A stretch of 64,000 nt of DNA, taken from Promethearchaeota archaeon. GTDB taxonomy: Archaea > Asgardarchaeota > Lokiarchaeia > Sigyniarchaeales > SOKP01. Location: NCBI GenBank assembly GCA_030599585.1, contig JAUVNS010000001.1, forward strand, positions 128,001 through 192,000, written 5' to 3'. A program made the translations under genes and the position numbers. This document shows positions 38,921 through 48,539 of the stretch, piece by piece; position 1 is the stretch's first letter; each line of letters starts with the position of its first letter. The notes beneath the pieces were generated by a model. The model was not told the DNA's origin and did no database searches. It was given only the letters and a program-made list of their open reading frames with translations.

Positions 38921-40102
38921 ATGGAATTAAACGTGGAAAAAGATTGGAAGGATATAGTTCATAGATGTTTTAGATGTGGATATTGCAAATTTACTTTCGA
39001 TTATTCTGATTTTAATTGTCCTAGCTACAAAAAACACCAGTTTGAGAGTTATTCCACTGGTGGAAGGTTATGGCTCATTTATGGTTTAATAAGTGGGGAA
39101 ATCCCGTGGAGTCAGAGTGTAGCAAATGTACTTTACGCGTGTTCTACTTGCGGAAATTGTATGGAAAATTGCAGGTTTGACAAATTTAACGATTTTCTGG
39201 TAGATATTATTGAAGCTGCTCGAGCAGAGGCAGTGAAAAATGGATTTTGTCCAGAGAAGCAAAAGGCATTAATTGAACGCATAGAGAACCCTGAGATGTA
39301 CAATCCATATGGCGAACAAAATTCTAACAACGAAGATTTGAAGAAAGAATACGACCTACCAGATAAAGCAGAATGGGTTTATTTTATCGGTTGCACATCT
39401 AATTATCGTCAAAAAAAATTAAGAGACGCCACTTTAAGGTTCTTGAAGAAAGCTAATATCGATTTTACTTTGATCGACGAACATTGTTGCTGTAGCCCGG
39501 TAATGCGAACTGGTCAAATTAATTCTGTTAAAGACTTCATTAATTTTAATATTGCTCAAATAAACGATGTAGGTGCATCAAAGGTTATCACATCTTGTGC
39601 CGGTTGTTATCGTACGTTAAAAAAGGATTGGGTAAAATATGGTGCCGACTATAATTTTCAAATATATCACACCGTAGAATTAGTTAAAGAGCTATTAGAC
39701 GAAGGAAAATTAAAATTTCAATCAGAATACAACAAAATAGTAACTTATCATGATCCGTGCCATTTAGGAAGACATATGAAAATCTACGATGTTCCAAGAG
39801 AAGTATACAAACAAATTCCGGGACTTAAGCTTGTAGAAATGAAAAGAAATCGAGAAAACGCTTGGTGTTGCGGCGCTGGAGGTGGGGTAAAAATAGGTTT
39901 CCCCGAGTGGTCAGTTGAGATTTCAAAGGAAAGACTTGAAGAAGCTAAAACAACTGGAGCTTCAGTTGTATCATCAGTGTGTCCATTTTGTAGAACGAAT
40001 TTGAGCGATGCCAACGATAATTTTGATATGAATTTTGAAGTTATCGATTTGATTGAGATAATAGATAAATTGGAATTCGAAATTACTGATACAGAACATT
40101 AA
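38921..40102 (+). CDS. Fe-S oxidoreductase (GlcF/HdrD-like, CCG domains)
   Basis: CFRCGYC, CSTCGNCMENC, YFIGC, CCC, SCAGC, YHDPCHLGR, CCGAGGG, CPFC; coupled to the upstream FAD gene. Confidence 0.9.
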   Translation: MELNVEKDWKDIVHRCFRCGYCKFTFDYSDFNCPSYKKHQFESYSTGGRLWLIYGLISGEIPWSQSVANVLYACSTCGNCMENCRFDKFNDFLVDIIEAARAEAVKNGFCPEKQKALIERIENPEMYNPYGEQNSNNEDLKKEYDLPDKAEWVYFIGCTSNYRQKKLRDATLRFLKKANIDFTLIDEHCCCSPVMRTGQINSVKDFINFNIAQINDVGASKVITSCAGCYRTLKKDWVKYGADYNFQIYHTVELVKELLDEGKLKFQSEYNKIVTYHDPCHLGRHMKIYDVPREVYKQIPGLKLVEMKRNRENAWCCGAGGGVKIGFPEWSVEISKERLEEAKTTGASVVSSVCPFCRTNLSDANDNFDMNFEVIDLIEIIDKLEFEITDTEH

Positions 40103-40164
40103 CTTACCGTTTACTAAATCATAATTAGAAAATTAAATAGAAATAAATTTATTCAAAGCGAAAT

Positions 40165-42393
40165 CTATGGCTCTTGTAAGATGTCCCAAATTTTAATGGT
40201 CTTATCATTCGATCCACTTACTATATACCTACCATCAGGAGAGAAGGCAACTGAAGTTATATATTTTTTATGTCCTTCGAGTATCCAAACGAGTTCGTTA
40301 GTAGTTAAATCCCACACTTTAATATCTTTATCATATGAACCACTGACCATATAATTACCATCGAGAGAAACAGCTACATCGGTAACAAACCAAGAATGCC
40401 CTTTGAAAGACCTCACAAGCTTTCCAGTTGCAACATGCCACTCTCTTATAGTTTTGTCATTCGAACCACTAACGATATGTTTCCCATCAGGAGAAAATAC
40501 AACTGTAGTTATGTATTTTTTGTGAGCATCAATCGTTCTAACAATCTGACCAGTCTCAAGACTCCAGACCTTTAGAGTTCGGTCACTCGAGGCGCTAGCT
40601 ATATATTCACCATCAGGAGAGATAGCAACTGAACTCACCTCTTTTTTGTGCCCCTCGAGTGTCCTCACGATATCGCCAGTATTTGTATCCCATACTTTAA
40701 TATCTTTATCATATGAACCACTGACAATATAATTACCATCAGGAGAAACAGCTATGGCGGTAACGAACCAAGAATGCCCTTTGAGCGTTCGAATAGACTC
40801 TCTCGTGGAAAATTCCCAGATTTTTATAGTTTCATCGTTCGAGCCACTCACTATATATTTTCCGTCAGAAGATAGGGCAACTGAAGTTACGTATTTTTTA
40901 TGTCCCTCGAGCGTTTTTATGAGCTTACCTGAGGATATTTCCCATATTTTTATAGTTTTGTCGTTCGATGCACTAACAACATATTTCCCATCAGGAGAAA
41001 ACACCACCGAGCTTATACCCTTTCCATGGCCTTCAAAAATTTGAACAGGAATAATAGTTCCTTCTACCCTAGCAACTTTGCCTATTATTACTTTTTCTAT
41101 AGCTACTTCTTCCACTACTTCTGGTGGGGGAATAGGTTCAGGTGCAACTTTAGGTGATACTACTTCTTCTACCTCCGCTTGGGGGATAGGTTCAGGTACA
41201 ACTTTAGGTGGTACTATTTCTTCTATTACCTCCGCTTGGGGGATAGGTTCAGGTGCAACTTTAGGTAGTACTATTTCTTCTACTACCTCCGCTTGAACAA
41301 TTGGTTCTGGTTCAATTTCAAACTGCCGCTCCTTTTCTCTTGGTGCAATCTCAGTCATTTTTAACCTTACACCCAATTTTCTATCTGAAATAACTTGCTT
41401 TCTAGGGATTCTTCTCTTTCTTACTATTAGTATCACACTTATAACCAATATGATAACAATGAGAATCACTACTATTATTACACTTCCAAAAGGAAATTTG
41501 TATCCATTGATATTACTGGAAACTTCTTGAGTATCCTCTCCATTACCGCTAAAACTGTTATTTAATACTTCATTGTAGATAGAATTATATAGCTTAATAC
41601 CAACCGAATTATTATTAATTGTGTTTGTGACGATGATATTATTATCACTTTCTATTAAACTTATCCCACAATTAGTGTTGTAGCTTGCGTTATTTCCCGA
41701 AATATTATTATTATCACTATTATATAAATATATCCCATGATAAGTGTTGTAGCTTAGGTTATTTCCCGAAATAATATTATTATCACTATAAGATAAAAAT
41801 ATCCCATGATAAGTGTTGTAGCTTGGATTATTTCCCGAAATGTTGTTAAAACTGCTAAATATTAACCATATCCCAACAAAATCGTTGTTCCTTGCAGTGT
41901 TTGCCGAAATGTTGTTATAACTGCTAGAAGATATCCGTATCCCACAACGATTAGATGAAAAAGTATTATTAATTAATAGGGAATTAGTAACATTTAATAA
42001 TAGGATTCCCGCATTAGGATTATTTCCTGAATTGTAGATAGTGCAATTTTCAATCTTAAAGAACACATCGGAATTTTCAATCTCGATACAACTTCCCGAG
42101 TCTTCGCCATCTATTACCAAATCTTCTATGACATAAGGATCGGAATAGGTGCCGTTCCCCGTACAGATTCCCGCAGCTTCAGTAGCAGACCAATTATTAT
42201 AGATATGAATTTTTCCCGATATTTTTGCGAGTTTCAAACTATCGTTATCTAAACTAATATCATCGCTATATTCCGAACTTTTGCCGCAACTGCTCGTAAT
42301 AAGACTAAGATTAGTGGTAAATATTGGTAATAAAGCGAAAAAGATAATTAAAGTGATTAAAATTATTATATTTGATTTTACACTTGATTTCAT
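40165..42393 (-). CDS. Membrane protein: extracellular NosD/parallel beta-helix, TM, Pro/Glu/Val repeats, cytoplasmic 7-bladed WD40
   Basis: N-term TM; GT..DPYVIE; GI.L..S.NN.ISGN repeats; TM + RKRR; PEPIPQAEV repeats; seven GH...W[DE] repeats. Confidence 0.9.
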   Translation of the reverse strand: MKSSVKSNIIILITLIIFFALLPIFTTNLSLITSSCGKSSEYSDDISLDNDSLKLAKISGKIHIYNNWSATEAAGICTGNGTYSDPYVIEDLVIDGEDSGSCIEIENSDVFFKIENCTIYNSGNNPNAGILLLNVTNSLLINNTFSSNRCGIRISSSSYNNISANTARNNDFVGIWLIFSSFNNISGNNPSYNTYHGIFLSYSDNNIISGNNLSYNTYHGIYLYNSDNNNISGNNASYNTNCGISLIESDNNIIVTNTINNNSVGIKLYNSIYNEVLNNSFSGNGEDTQEVSSNINGYKFPFGSVIIVVILIVIILVISVILIVRKRRIPRKQVISDRKLGVRLKMTEIAPREKERQFEIEPEPIVQAEVVEEIVLPKVAPEPIPQAEVIEEIVPPKVVPEPIPQAEVEEVVSPKVAPEPIPPPEVVEEVAIEKVIIGKVARVEGTIIPVQIFEGHGKGISSVVFSPDGKYVVSASNDKTIKIWEISSGKLIKTLEGHKKYVTSVALSSDGKYIVSGSNDETIKIWEFSTRESIRTLKGHSWFVTAIAVSPDGNYIVSGSYDKDIKVWDTNTGDIVRTLEGHKKEVSSVAISPDGEYIASASSDRTLKVWSLETGQIVRTIDAHKKYITTVVFSPDGKHIVSGSNDKTIREWHVATGKLVRSFKGHSWFVTDVAVSLDGNYMVSGSYDKDIKVWDLTTNELVWILEGHKKYITSVAFSPDGRYIVSGSNDKTIKIWDILQEP
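41100..41310 (-). repeat. Coding tandem repeat (~51-54 bp x4), PEPIPQAEVxEEIVxPKVA
   Basis: Repeated ataggttcaggtgcaactttagg. Confidence 0.85.
41630..41850 (-). repeat. Coding tandem repeat (66 bp x~3), beta-helix rungs
   Basis: Repeated atcccatgataagtgttgtagctt...tatttcccgaaat. Confidence 0.8.
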
Positions 42394-42683
42394 TTTATTT
42401 TCATAAAAATTTATTAAATTTTATTTTTTGTCGATAATCTATTACTTAAGACTACTATTTATACTTTTTTGTTAATAGAAATTTAAATATATCAATTGGA
42501 ATAGAAGTAAACCTACAATTCACAACTCTCACATTTAATGTTATTATGAATCCATATTATTGTTGATTAGGCTTAGATTGGTAAAAAATTTTTTTTTAAT
42601 TATTTTCATTTACTGAAATAAAAAAAAGTATAAATAATTCAGATTATTTGCTTTGTTTATTTGTAAATACTTAATTTGTAGAT

Positions 42684-43559
42684 GTGATTGAAACGAGGTT
42701 AGGTGCTCACATGAGCGTTACAGGGGGAAAATATATGGCTCTTGAGAGGGGAAAAGAGCTTAGGTGCGAAACTATTCAAGTATTTATCAGAAATGTTCGC
42801 TCTTGGTCGTCAAAACCTTTAATACAAAGTGATATTGACGATTTTCTTAAAATTAAGGAAGAATTAAAAGAAGATATTTGGCCAATAATTAGTCACAATA
42901 GTTATTTAATAAATTTAGCAAGTATCAATAACGAAAAATTGGAGAAATCATATAGTTCTATGCTAGATGAGCTTATTAAAGCTAATCAACTCGGTATTGA
43001 ATTGGAAAATATGCATCCTGGAGTTATTCCTTTAAGCGATAAAGATGAAATCTCTAAAAAAGAAGCTTTATCTCAGATCGCCAATCAATTAAACAAATTA
43101 ATTGATGAGACTAAAAGTTCAAAAGTTAGAATTTTATTAGAAACTACCGCTGGGCAAGGTAAGGGTTTAGGCAATAAATTCCATCATTTAAATACGATTA
43201 TTGATAAAATTAAAGATAAAAATAGAATTGGGGTTTGTTTTGATACCGCCCATTCATTCGCAGCAGGCTACGACTTTACTACCAAGAAAAAATATAACGA
43301 AATGTGGAATGATTTTGACGATATTATTGGATTGAAGTATCTATTTGCCTTCCATCTAAACGATACGGAAAAAGAGTTAGGTTCTAGAGTTGATCGTCAT
43401 ACTCACATAGGACAAGGAAAAATCGGCAAGGAACCCTTTGGATTCTTGTTAAGTGACGATAGATTTAGAGATCACCCTGGAATTATAGAAACTCCAAAAG
43501 GTAAAGACATGAAAGAAGATGTAATGAATCTTGCAACTCTTAGATCTTTGGTAAACTAG
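42684..43559 (+). CDS. nfo: Endonuclease IV (AP endonuclease 2)
   Basis: GAHMS, H.SYLINL, HPG, LETTAGQG, CFDTAH, HLND, DRH.HIG.G.IG, IETP. Confidence 0.95.
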   Translation: MIETRLGAHMSVTGGKYMALERGKELRCETIQVFIRNVRSWSSKPLIQSDIDDFLKIKEELKEDIWPIISHNSYLINLASINNEKLEKSYSSMLDELIKANQLGIELENMHPGVIPLSDKDEISKKEALSQIANQLNKLIDETKSSKVRILLETTAGQGKGLGNKFHHLNTIIDKIKDKNRIGVCFDTAHSFAAGYDFTTKKKYNEMWNDFDDIIGLKYLFAFHLNDTEKELGSRVDRHTHIGQGKIGKEPFGFLLSDDRFRDHPGIIETPKGKDMKEDVMNLATLRSLVN

Positions 43560-43708
43560 TTCAATAATTTAAATAAAACTAGCATTTTAATAAAAAACTT
43601 TTTTCTTGCTTGACAAAAATGTTTAAATATTGCTTTAACAATTCTTAGATTAATGCAATTCAATTAAAAAAATTGAATTGATATTTCTACTAAATAGAGG
43701 CGAATGAA

Positions 43709-44851
43709 ATGGTTGAAACAATAGATGTATATAGAAAATTGCAACAACATATTGATGAACGTATGCCTGTTGGCTTTCCTCCAAGTGAATCAGGTACAGA
43801 CATAAAGATTTTGAAAAATCTTTTTACTCCCGAGGAAGCAAGTATTACATTAAACCTTAGTGCTTTAGCAGAACCTATAGAACGTATATATAAGCGTGTT
43901 AAAGATAGTGGGATATCTTTAAAAGAATTAGAAGATAAATTAGATGGCTTAGTAAGTAAAGGTGCAATTATGGGTGGTAGTTTTAATAATCCTGATAAAA
44001 AAACCTATAGTACAGCACAATTTGCGATTGGAATGTTTGAATTTCAAGTAGACAAACTTACAAAAGAACTAGCCCAAGCGTCTGCAGATTATAACAAGAA
44101 TATATATTATAAGGAATGGTTTAAAGCAAATGTCCCTAATCAAATGCGAACAATTCCAATAGAAAAGAGTATTCTTCCCGAACATCATATTAGTACTTTT
44201 GATGATGTTACTAAAATAATTGACAATGTTGATGGACCAATGACAATATTTAATTGCATTTGTAAACAAGAAATGGATTTGTTAGGGAAATCTTGTAATG
44301 TTACAGATATGCGGGATACATGTATGGCATTCGGAAAATTTGCAAAAGGTACTATGGAATTAGGATATGGTCGTGAAGTCAATAAAAGTGAAATGATGGA
44401 GCATTTGCAAAAATATCAGGAATTAGGTTTAATATTACAACCCAATAACTCACAAGATTCTGCTTTTATATGCGCCTGTTGTGGAGATTGTTGTCAAGTT
44501 TTACAAATGGTAAAAAGATATCCTCGACCTGCAGATTATTTTACTTCAAATTTTCATGCATCAGTTGATTCTGAGGCTTGTGAAGGGTGTGAAACATGTG
44601 TAGAACGGTGTCAAATGGAAGCATTATCTCTTATTAACAATATATCAGAAGTAGACTATGATAGATGTATAGGTTGTGGCAATTGCGTTATTACATGTCC
44701 ATCAGATGCGATTAAACTCAAAAAAAACGAAAAAGAGAAAGTACCTCCGAAAAATATGGACGCTCTTTTACAGAAAATCATGATTAAAAAAAAAGGATTA
44801 TTGGGCTCTATGAAGATGATGGGTAAAATGCTCTTAAAGAAGCAAATCTAA
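43709..44851 (+). CDS. 4Fe-4S dicluster protein with N-terminal HTH-like region
   Basis: CIC, ICACCGDCC, CEGCETCVERC, CIGCGNCVITCP. Confidence 0.88.
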   Translation: MVETIDVYRKLQQHIDERMPVGFPPSESGTDIKILKNLFTPEEASITLNLSALAEPIERIYKRVKDSGISLKELEDKLDGLVSKGAIMGGSFNNPDKKTYSTAQFAIGMFEFQVDKLTKELAQASADYNKNIYYKEWFKANVPNQMRTIPIEKSILPEHHISTFDDVTKIIDNVDGPMTIFNCICKQEMDLLGKSCNVTDMRDTCMAFGKFAKGTMELGYGREVNKSEMMEHLQKYQELGLILQPNNSQDSAFICACCGDCCQVLQMVKRYPRPADYFTSNFHASVDSEACEGCETCVERCQMEALSLINNISEVDYDRCIGCGNCVITCPSDAIKLKKNEKEKVPPKNMDALLQKIMIKKKGLLGSMKMMGKMLLKKQI

Positions 44852-44882
44852 TTTTTAATTAACTTTTTTATTTTATTTTTTA

Positions 44883-45290
44883 TTATTCGTGAATCTTAAA
44901 CCATAAAGGACTAGTATCGTCAATTAAGCCATTATAATTTACTGTTAATTCCTCCCCTTTCTTAATATCTTTAATAGCCATATATTCAATTGCTTTATTC
45001 TTATAATCGTAAAAATACTGTACATTGGGAGCGTAGGAATGGTTGATGAACTGACTAATGCTTAGAGTGATTGCGTTTTTAAAAGCCGGTTTGTGGCGTG
45101 GGTCTTCCCAAATATAGCAATAATTGTATAATTGAGTTTTTTTAATCTTTCTATAGTCTTTATTTGGTATTAGAACTACATTTGCTACGTCGATTACTGT
45201 ACCTTTTTTAATATCCTTCTTCGCAAAGGCGCCTTTTCCTTTTGTATTAGATATAAATTTAACTTCTATAAATTCATGCAATGGAATCAC
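44883..45290 (-). CDS. Stand-alone SET-domain protein (putative protein-lysine methyltransferase)
   Basis: KGKGAFA..DI.KG, INHS..PN, DI.KGEELTVNY. Confidence 0.9.
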   Translation of the reverse strand: MIPLHEFIEVKFISNTKGKGAFAKKDIKKGTVIDVANVVLIPNKDYRKIKKTQLYNYCYIWEDPRHKPAFKNAITLSISQFINHSYAPNVQYFYDYKNKAIEYMAIKDIKKGEELTVNYNGLIDDTSPLWFKIHE

Positions 45291-45305
45291 TGATTCTATT
45301 CTTTT

Positions 45306-45902
45306 TTATTCTATTGATGCGTGACGCTTATCAATGTCGTTTTCGGTTATTCCTAATAGAACCATTAATGAGGCTCCAATCGAATCTAATATGGAAAGCG
45401 TAGAAATGTCAAATAATGAAGTGAATGGTGCTAAGGAATCTTGTGAAATTGCTTTCTCTTTACTTTTTCCCTCAACTTTAATGACTAGGTCAGATAACTT
45501 TGCGATAGTGCTTTTGAGATTCCCTGTAAATAAAGCAATTTTTCCTCCAATTTTTTTTGCTTCTTCGGCTATGGCTTTAGGTGAAGTTGTTTCGCCGCTT
45601 CCGCTTACCAAAATCAATAGATCCCCCTTACTGTAGCGATATGTAACTGCGTCGGAAACAAAACAAGATTTAATACCTAAATGCATTAATCTTTGAGCAA
45701 AACATCTTCCAATAAATCCAGATCTACCAGCACCATATATAAAAATCCTTCCATTTTTTGAATCAATTTCAACTATTAACTCAATTAGTTTTAAGACTTG
45801 ATCCGTGTCAACAGAATCAGAATTTTTTTTTACTTGATCTGCGATTTCTAAAAGAGTATTTAGAAATCTTTCCCGTAGTAGTTTTGAATTAGAATCATTC
45901 AT
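45306..45902 (-). CDS. hxlB: 6-phospho-3-hexuloisomerase (SIS domain)
   Basis: GAGRSG, RLMHLG, SGSGET, LAP.TSLFD, RHA.IE; start at MNDSN. Confidence 0.85.
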   Translation of the reverse strand: MNDSNSKLLRERFLNTLLEIADQVKKNSDSVDTDQVLKLIELIVEIDSKNGRIFIYGAGRSGFIGRCFAQRLMHLGIKSCFVSDAVTYRYSKGDLLILVSGSGETTSPKAIAEEAKKIGGKIALFTGNLKSTIAKLSDLVIKVEGKSKEKAISQDSLAPFTSLFDISTLSILDSIGASLMVLLGITENDIDKRHASIE

Positions 45903-45904
45903 TT

Positions 45905-47191
45905 CTATTTTTCCTCCTTTGATAATTCGGGATTGACACAACTTCTCCATTGATCGACGGTTTCTTTAGGACCTAAACCAATCAAAAGGTCCCCAACTTC
46001 AAATATAAAATCAGATTTAAAGCTGTAAATCCATTTGTTTTCTCTTTTTAAGGCTATAATATGAAACCCTCGCTTATATTTTTGATTTTGTAATTGATTA
46101 TACGTTTTATTTTTAAAATAAGAATCTGTTGAAATTGTTTCTCGCACGACTATTTCTGAAGTTTCTTTTATGGCTTTTTGTAGAATAATATGGGGTTCAA
46201 AGCCTTCTAATATATTTTCGGCTAAATGAGCAGCTGCATCTGCTATCAATTCACATGAAAATACTATACGCATTATTCCTGTTAAAATTTTTGGATTATC
46301 AAGTGATTGCGTTAAATCTAAAAGATCTTTCTCAAAATTAATATTCAATCCATCCATTAAAGATTCCATTTCTAAAACATCTTCAGCTACATCATAACTG
46401 TTAAAGAACAATGCGGCTAAAGCTAATTCAATCATTGTCTCTGAAATATCTGTAATCAACACATAATCCCTTTTTAGTTCTTTAATTTCTTCGTAAAATT
46501 CAGGATTTTTTAGATCATAATCCGATTCCTCTTTTGTTTCCCCTAAGTGGAAAGAAAAATCTTCAGAGTCATATGTTAACTTCTTTAATTCTTTAATTGG
46601 TTCAATTTCTCCTTTAATTATCAAGATATCTCCGGTTTTAATTTCATTATCTCTTTCAAATAACCAATCGTTCTTTCTTTTTATTGCAATCAAATCTACT
46701 CCGTACTTAGACCTAAAATGCACTTCTTTGCGTTTCATGCCTATAAATTCACAAGCATCATTTACAACAATTTTTACTATTGGTTCCGGGACTTCGTCCC
46801 AAAAAAGTTGCGTGAAATCGGATATATCGCTATTAATATATACAACTCGAGCGATATCTGCAAGAGCATCAGAGATTTTGTCAATTGAATAACCCATTAC
46901 CACAATAGGTTCTAAAGCTTTTGCTTCTTTAAAACCCCCAGTTTGAGTTTGAATAATTTGCAAATTCAATAGAAATGTTAATTCATGGATTCTTTTTTCA
47001 ATTTTTGAGGTCTCGTCTGCAATTTCCTTACTACTAAATTTAATAGCACTGTAAGCAAGATCAATCATCAAGTCGATCTTCTGTTTCATCTCTCTTAATA
47101 TGTCTTTTAGTGATATAGCTTGGTACTGAAATTTCTTTCTTTTTTCATGCTTTTTAATTATTTTCTCACTCTCGTTTAGATAATTACGCAA
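45905..47191 (-). CDS. Duplicated PhoU + TrkA-C (RCK_C) regulatory protein
   Basis: Two units of LMIDLAYSA/TMIELALAA ... ISDA/IADAA ... IAIKR...W. Confidence 0.8.
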   Translation of the reverse strand: MRNYLNESEKIIKKHEKRKKFQYQAISLKDILREMKQKIDLMIDLAYSAIKFSSKEIADETSKIEKRIHELTFLLNLQIIQTQTGGFKEAKALEPIVVMGYSIDKISDALADIARVVYINSDISDFTQLFWDEVPEPIVKIVVNDACEFIGMKRKEVHFRSKYGVDLIAIKRKNDWLFERDNEIKTGDILIIKGEIEPIKELKKLTYDSEDFSFHLGETKEESDYDLKNPEFYEEIKELKRDYVLITDISETMIELALAALFFNSYDVAEDVLEMESLMDGLNINFEKDLLDLTQSLDNPKILTGIMRIVFSCELIADAAAHLAENILEGFEPHIILQKAIKETSEIVVRETISTDSYFKNKTYNQLQNQKYKRGFHIIALKRENKWIYSFKSDFIFEVGDLLIGLGPKETVDQWRSCVNPELSKEEK

Positions 47192-47777
47192 ATATTTGGA
47201 TAAAGATTATTATAAATAAAGGGGTTAAGAAGTCCGCTAACGATGTAACCATTGGAATTAAGAAATTATTTGGGTCTTTTCCTTTTCTAAATATTAATAT
47301 GGAACCCATAAATAAAAATACGAACATTAGTCCAAATAAAATCAAAATAGTAATAATAAAAATTGATATAATCAACAAGGGATTAACGATTTGTATTCCT
47401 GTTACACTTCCCAATATGTATCCTAGGCTTATCAACGCAGCAAGGCTTAATAAAATTGTTATAAATAACCCATAAAAGTCTTGTTTTAATCGATCAGAGA
47501 CTTGAATTTTTGGAGATAACGTACCTATATACAGATGAGAGGTAAGACGAGATACCAGAACAGTTGATATATCACCTATTAAAGAATTTAAGGACGGTAA
47601 TACTAATAAAATAATAGGAAAACTAGACAACACTCTTTCGTTATTAGATAGAAGCGTCCCAGAAAAGAGGCCCATAACAGAACTAATTAGAACTACTATT
47701 ACTGATTCCTTGAAGATTTTTTTAAAATAGTCCAATTTTATGGCACCCCCAACATAATAATTGTTAAATAGAAGCAA
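47184..47777 (-). CDS. MgtE/SLC41-type integral membrane domain protein
   Basis: P......GD......SRLTS.L..G, DPNN..IP..TS.AD. Confidence 0.85.
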   Translation of the reverse strand: MLLFNNYYVGGAIKLDYFKKIFKESVIVVLISSVMGLFSGTLLSNNERVLSSFPIILLVLPSLNSLIGDISTVLVSRLTSHLYIGTLSPKIQVSDRLKQDFYGLFITILLSLAALISLGYILGSVTGIQIVNPLLIISIFIITILILFGLMFVFLFMGSILIFRKGKDPNNFLIPMVTSLADFLTPLFIIIFIQIFA

Positions 47778-48292
47778 ATAACCGTAAAAAAGTCGTCAAT
47801 GGCTGTCATTACAGGATTTACAACATTATTTGGATCGAGCCCCCGCTTAAACGCTAAAAAATTTAGAAATGTAGAACAAGGAATTGAAATCGTTAAAGTT
47901 AGCGATATTGAAACAACTGGAATTACGATTAGCAAACCAATATGAAAAATATATAGTCTAATTAATAAGAAATTAATAAGAATGCTAAAAACTCCTATTG
48001 CTATTGCTGTTAATAACGACAAAGCTAATGTAGCTAATACATTTTCAAACCATGATTTCTTATTAAATTCGCCTATAATGAAGTCTCTTGAAGTACGCGC
48101 AATAAATGGCCCACTTAAATTACCCCTAAGAGAAAGTAAAGCAGGTATAATTAGAATTAATAGAAGAAAGCTCTTAAATGAGACTATTAAAAGAGAGAGT
48201 ACGATTCCCGCAAGGATATCACCCACAATGGAAACCATTTCAGATGGAAACGTTTCTTTAACGATTCGACCTTTAGTATCTCGAGCTTCCAT
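47738..48292 (-). CDS. Second MgtE/SLC41-type half-transporter
   Basis: PALLSLRGN.SG...AR, GLDPNNVVNPVMTAIDD. Confidence 0.85.
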   Translation of the reverse strand: MEARDTKGRIVKETFPSEMVSIVGDILAGIVLSLLIVSFKSFLLLILIIPALLSLRGNLSGPFIARTSRDFIIGEFNKKSWFENVLATLALSLLTAIAIGVFSILINFLLIRLYIFHIGLLIVIPVVSISLTLTISIPCSTFLNFLAFKRGLDPNNVVNPVMTAIDDFFTVICFYLTIIMLGVP

Positions 48293-48539
48293 ATGTCATC
48301 ATCATCATCAGATGAACTTATTGTTAAATTTTCGTTCATTCTCTTACTAATTTATTAAGGCTCGAATTTATTTAAAAATTACTAATTAAAATGAAAGCAA
48401 TATATAATCTCCTAAAATCAATTAAATTCTTCAATTATTTTGGTTTGGATAAAGAAAATAGATGATTTTTTTTAAATAAAATTAGATGCACCTAAAAAGA
48501 AATATAAAAATATAAAATAAAAAAAAATTGAATTTATAA

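Noticed and set aside
40165-41850. CRISPR array
   Set aside because: Repeats are in-frame coding repeats (WD40, stalk, beta-helix) without unique spacers; no cas genes
48296-48310. (CAT)n His-tag-like run
   Set aside because: Reads as (GAT)n Asp codons on the gene-bearing minus strand; no vector signature
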